Shown: one piece after another, positions 22,516-24,000 of the stretch
How the letters are laid out: every line of letters begins with the position of its first letter
Position numbering within the stretch: the first letter of the stretch is position 1
Assembly: GCA_034521975.1 (NCBI GenBank)
Contig: JAXHLR010000004.1
Span: 248,165-272,164, forward strand
Length of the DNA stretch: 24,000 bases
Direction: 5' to 3'
From: Acidimicrobiales bacterium
GTDB lineage: Bacteria; Actinomycetota; Acidimicrobiia; Acidimicrobiales; SKKL01
Translations under genes and position numbers: made by a program
Notes under the pieces: model-generated
Database searches by the model: none
What the model saw: the letters and a program-made list of their open reading frames with translations, nothing else
Told to the model about the DNA's origin: nothing

Positions 22516-24000
22516 TCAGCGCCGGGCGTCGACCAGGTGGTGCTCGAAGGCGAACGCGGTGGCCGCCGAGCGCGACGACACGTCGATCTTGGCGAAGATG
22601 TTCGACAGGTGCCGCGACACGGTCTTGGAGCTGACCTGTAGCTCGGCGGCGATCCCCTTGTTGGTGCAGCCCGCGGCCACCAGGCGCAGCACCTCGATCT
22701 CACGACCCGTGAGGCCTGCCGGCACCTCCGCCGACGCGGGCCGGTCGTCGGACTGCGACAGGTCGAACCGGGCACCGATGTCGGCGAACATCGCCGCGGC
22801 GGCGTCGAGGGCGACCGCCGCCGCGCCCTCGTCGCCGGACGCACGCAGCGCCCGCGCCAGCAGGACACGGGCGGTCGCCTCCTCGTAGGGGACCTCCAAG
22901 CCCTGCCACCGCTCGACGGCCCGCCGGGCGGTCACGCACGCCGCGTCGAGATCACCCTCGGCGAGCTGGATCCGCGCCCGGGCCGACTCCGCGGCGGCTC
23001 CAAGCCACGCCACATCGAAGTCCTCCCCCACCGACTCGAGGTCGCGGAGCGCGGCGGCGGCCGTGGCCAGGTCGCCGACCTCCACCGCGATCTCGACCTG
23101 GGCCGGGAGCAGCTCGGCTCGGGCGAGCCGGTTCCAGGGCTGTTCCTCGAGCGCCCGCTGGATCGTCCGGGCCGCGACGTCGGACCGACCGTCGGTGAGC
23201 TGCAGCAGCGCGAGGCCGCCACAGGGGCGGCCGCACAGCTCCTCGGCGGAGGCGAAAGCCCGTTCGGCACCATCGAGATCACCGAGCCGGCGGCGGATGT
23301 CGCCGACGGTGGCGTAGGCGGCGGCCGCGTTGGGGACGTGGATGTCGATCAGCTCGGTGCAGGCCTTGTCGGCCTCCTGCTCGGCGACGGCCAGCTCGCC
23401 CCGCCATCCGAGGGCCGCGGCCCGGTGCACCCGGCAGATCCCGGGGAAGATGGTGAAGGGATGTTGTTGAGCCCACCTCGCGGTGGCCTCGGTCCACTCC
23501 GCCGCCCGCCGCATGTCACCGAGCTCCTCGCAGGCGGTGACGAGGCTGCAGTACACCTTCCCCGTGGCGTAGGGGCCGAGACGACCCTCGACGGCAGAGA
23601 GCATGGCCTCGTCGAGCTGGGCCAGGCCGTCGATGACCTCGCCCCGGTCGATGAGGAGGCGCCCGAGCGCCTGCAGCGCCTCGGCCTCGAGGTTCCTCCA
23701 CTGCTGCTGCCGGCTGACGTCGACGACGTGTCGCGCCACCTCGGTCGCCTCCTCCAGCCGGCCCTCGCCGTGGGTCACCTCGACCTCGCGCAGCAGCAGC
23801 GCGTGATACTCGGGGCTGTCGGGAAGCTCGACAAGCGAGCGGCGGGCCCGGCGCAGCCATGCACCGGCGATCGTGGGCCGGCACTGCATCCCGTAGTGCT
23901 CGTAGAGCCACACCGCGCACTGACCGGCACGCCGGACGTCGCCCAGATCGTCGAAGATCCGGTGGGCCTGCTCGCGTGCCTCGGTGCACTCGGCGAGTCG
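22516..24000 (-). CDS. Large LuxR-family transcriptional regulator, C-terminal part (TPR-like helical repeats plus LuxR HTH); the 5' end lies beyond the window
   Basis: The C-terminal LTGREIEVLRLVAAGCTNKGIAAELQVSSKTVSRHLSNIFAKI is a LuxR/FixJ HTH. The reading frame stays open (no stop) from 23913 to the window edge at 24000. Confidence 0.85.
   Translation of the reverse strand, partial: RLAECTEAREQAHRIFDDLGDVRRAGQCAVWLYEHYGMQCRPTIAGAWLRRARRSLVELPDSPEYHALLLREVEVTHGEGRLEEATEVARHVVDVSRQQQWRNLEAEALQALGRLLIDRGEVIDGLAQLDEAMLSAVEGRLGPYATGKVYCSLVTACEELGDMRRAAEWTEATARWAQQHPFTIFPGICRVHRAAALGWRGELAVAEQEADKACTELIDIHVPNAAAAYATVGDIRRRLGDLDGAERAFASAEELCGRPCGGLALLQLTDGRSDVAARTIQRALEEQPWNRLARAELLPAQVEIAVEVGDLATAAAALRDLESVGEDFDVAWLGAAAESARARIQLAEGDLDAACVTARRAVERWQGLEVPYEEATARVLLARALRASGDEGAAAVALDAAAAMFADIGARFDLSQSDDRPASAEVPAGLTGREIEVLRLVAAGCTNKGIAAELQVSSKTVSRHLSNIFAKIDVSSRSAATAFAFEHHLVDARR

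Noticed and set aside
21405-22868. A 487-aa minus-strand ORF.
   Set aside because: It is antisense to the CaCA antiporter, which has both alpha-repeat signatures. It also runs in a wrong frame into the LuxR gene.
1-24000. A search by eye for CRISPR arrays, tRNA/rRNA genes, IS elements, integrases, long terminal inverted repeats and riboswitch-like leaders.
   Set aside because: I saw no spaced repeat arrays, no cloverleaf-like or rRNA-like segments, and no transposase or integrase translations. Intergenic regions are short (mostly under 175 bp), which leaves little room for structured RNA genes. A covariance-model scan would be needed to exclude small RNAs.

Overview
This is a very GC-rich, gene-dense chromosomal segment that looks like Actinomycetota. 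It has about 23 protein genes on both strands. I found no rRNA, tRNA, CRISPR array, transposase or integrase. All calls come from reading the ORF translations and the DNA by eye; no homology search was run.

Genes in order:
- AroQ-type chorismate mutase
- DUF4395 membrane protein with two C-terminal CxxC pairs
- Na/Pi cotransporter with PhoU-like tail
- orphan lipoprotein
- DUF389 membrane protein
- surE, translationally coupled to a PfkB-family kinase, with a divergent GntR/HutC regulator
- a sulfide/persulfide-handling cluster (about 7.7-12.7 kb)
- a lower-quality accessory-looking stretch (12.7-15.8 kb): an apparently frameshifted lipoprotein gene, an orphan Trp-rich protein, a GGDEF diguanylate cyclase and a DUF4389 protein
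- a YhaO/YhaN-type (SbcCD-like) nuclease/ATPase pair
- a non-canonical MTHFR-like gene
- a CaCA antiporter
- the 3' part of a large LuxR-family regulator that runs off the window

The sulfide cluster consists of a rhodanese-DUF2892 gene, a persulfide-dioxygenase-like MBL fused to a pseudo-rhodanese and a catalytic rhodanese, and a coupled SAM methyltransferase. A SulP/STAS transporter and a small cupin are transcribed divergently from these.

The most interesting signal is the 173-bp divergent control region of the sulfur cluster. Two perfect 14-bp direct repeats bracket two C/G-tract TAC-N8-GTA boxes that resemble CsoR/CstR-type operators. No CsoR-family regulator gene is present in the window.

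Many long ORFs in the six-frame track are antisense shadow ORFs typical of high-GC DNA and were rejected.
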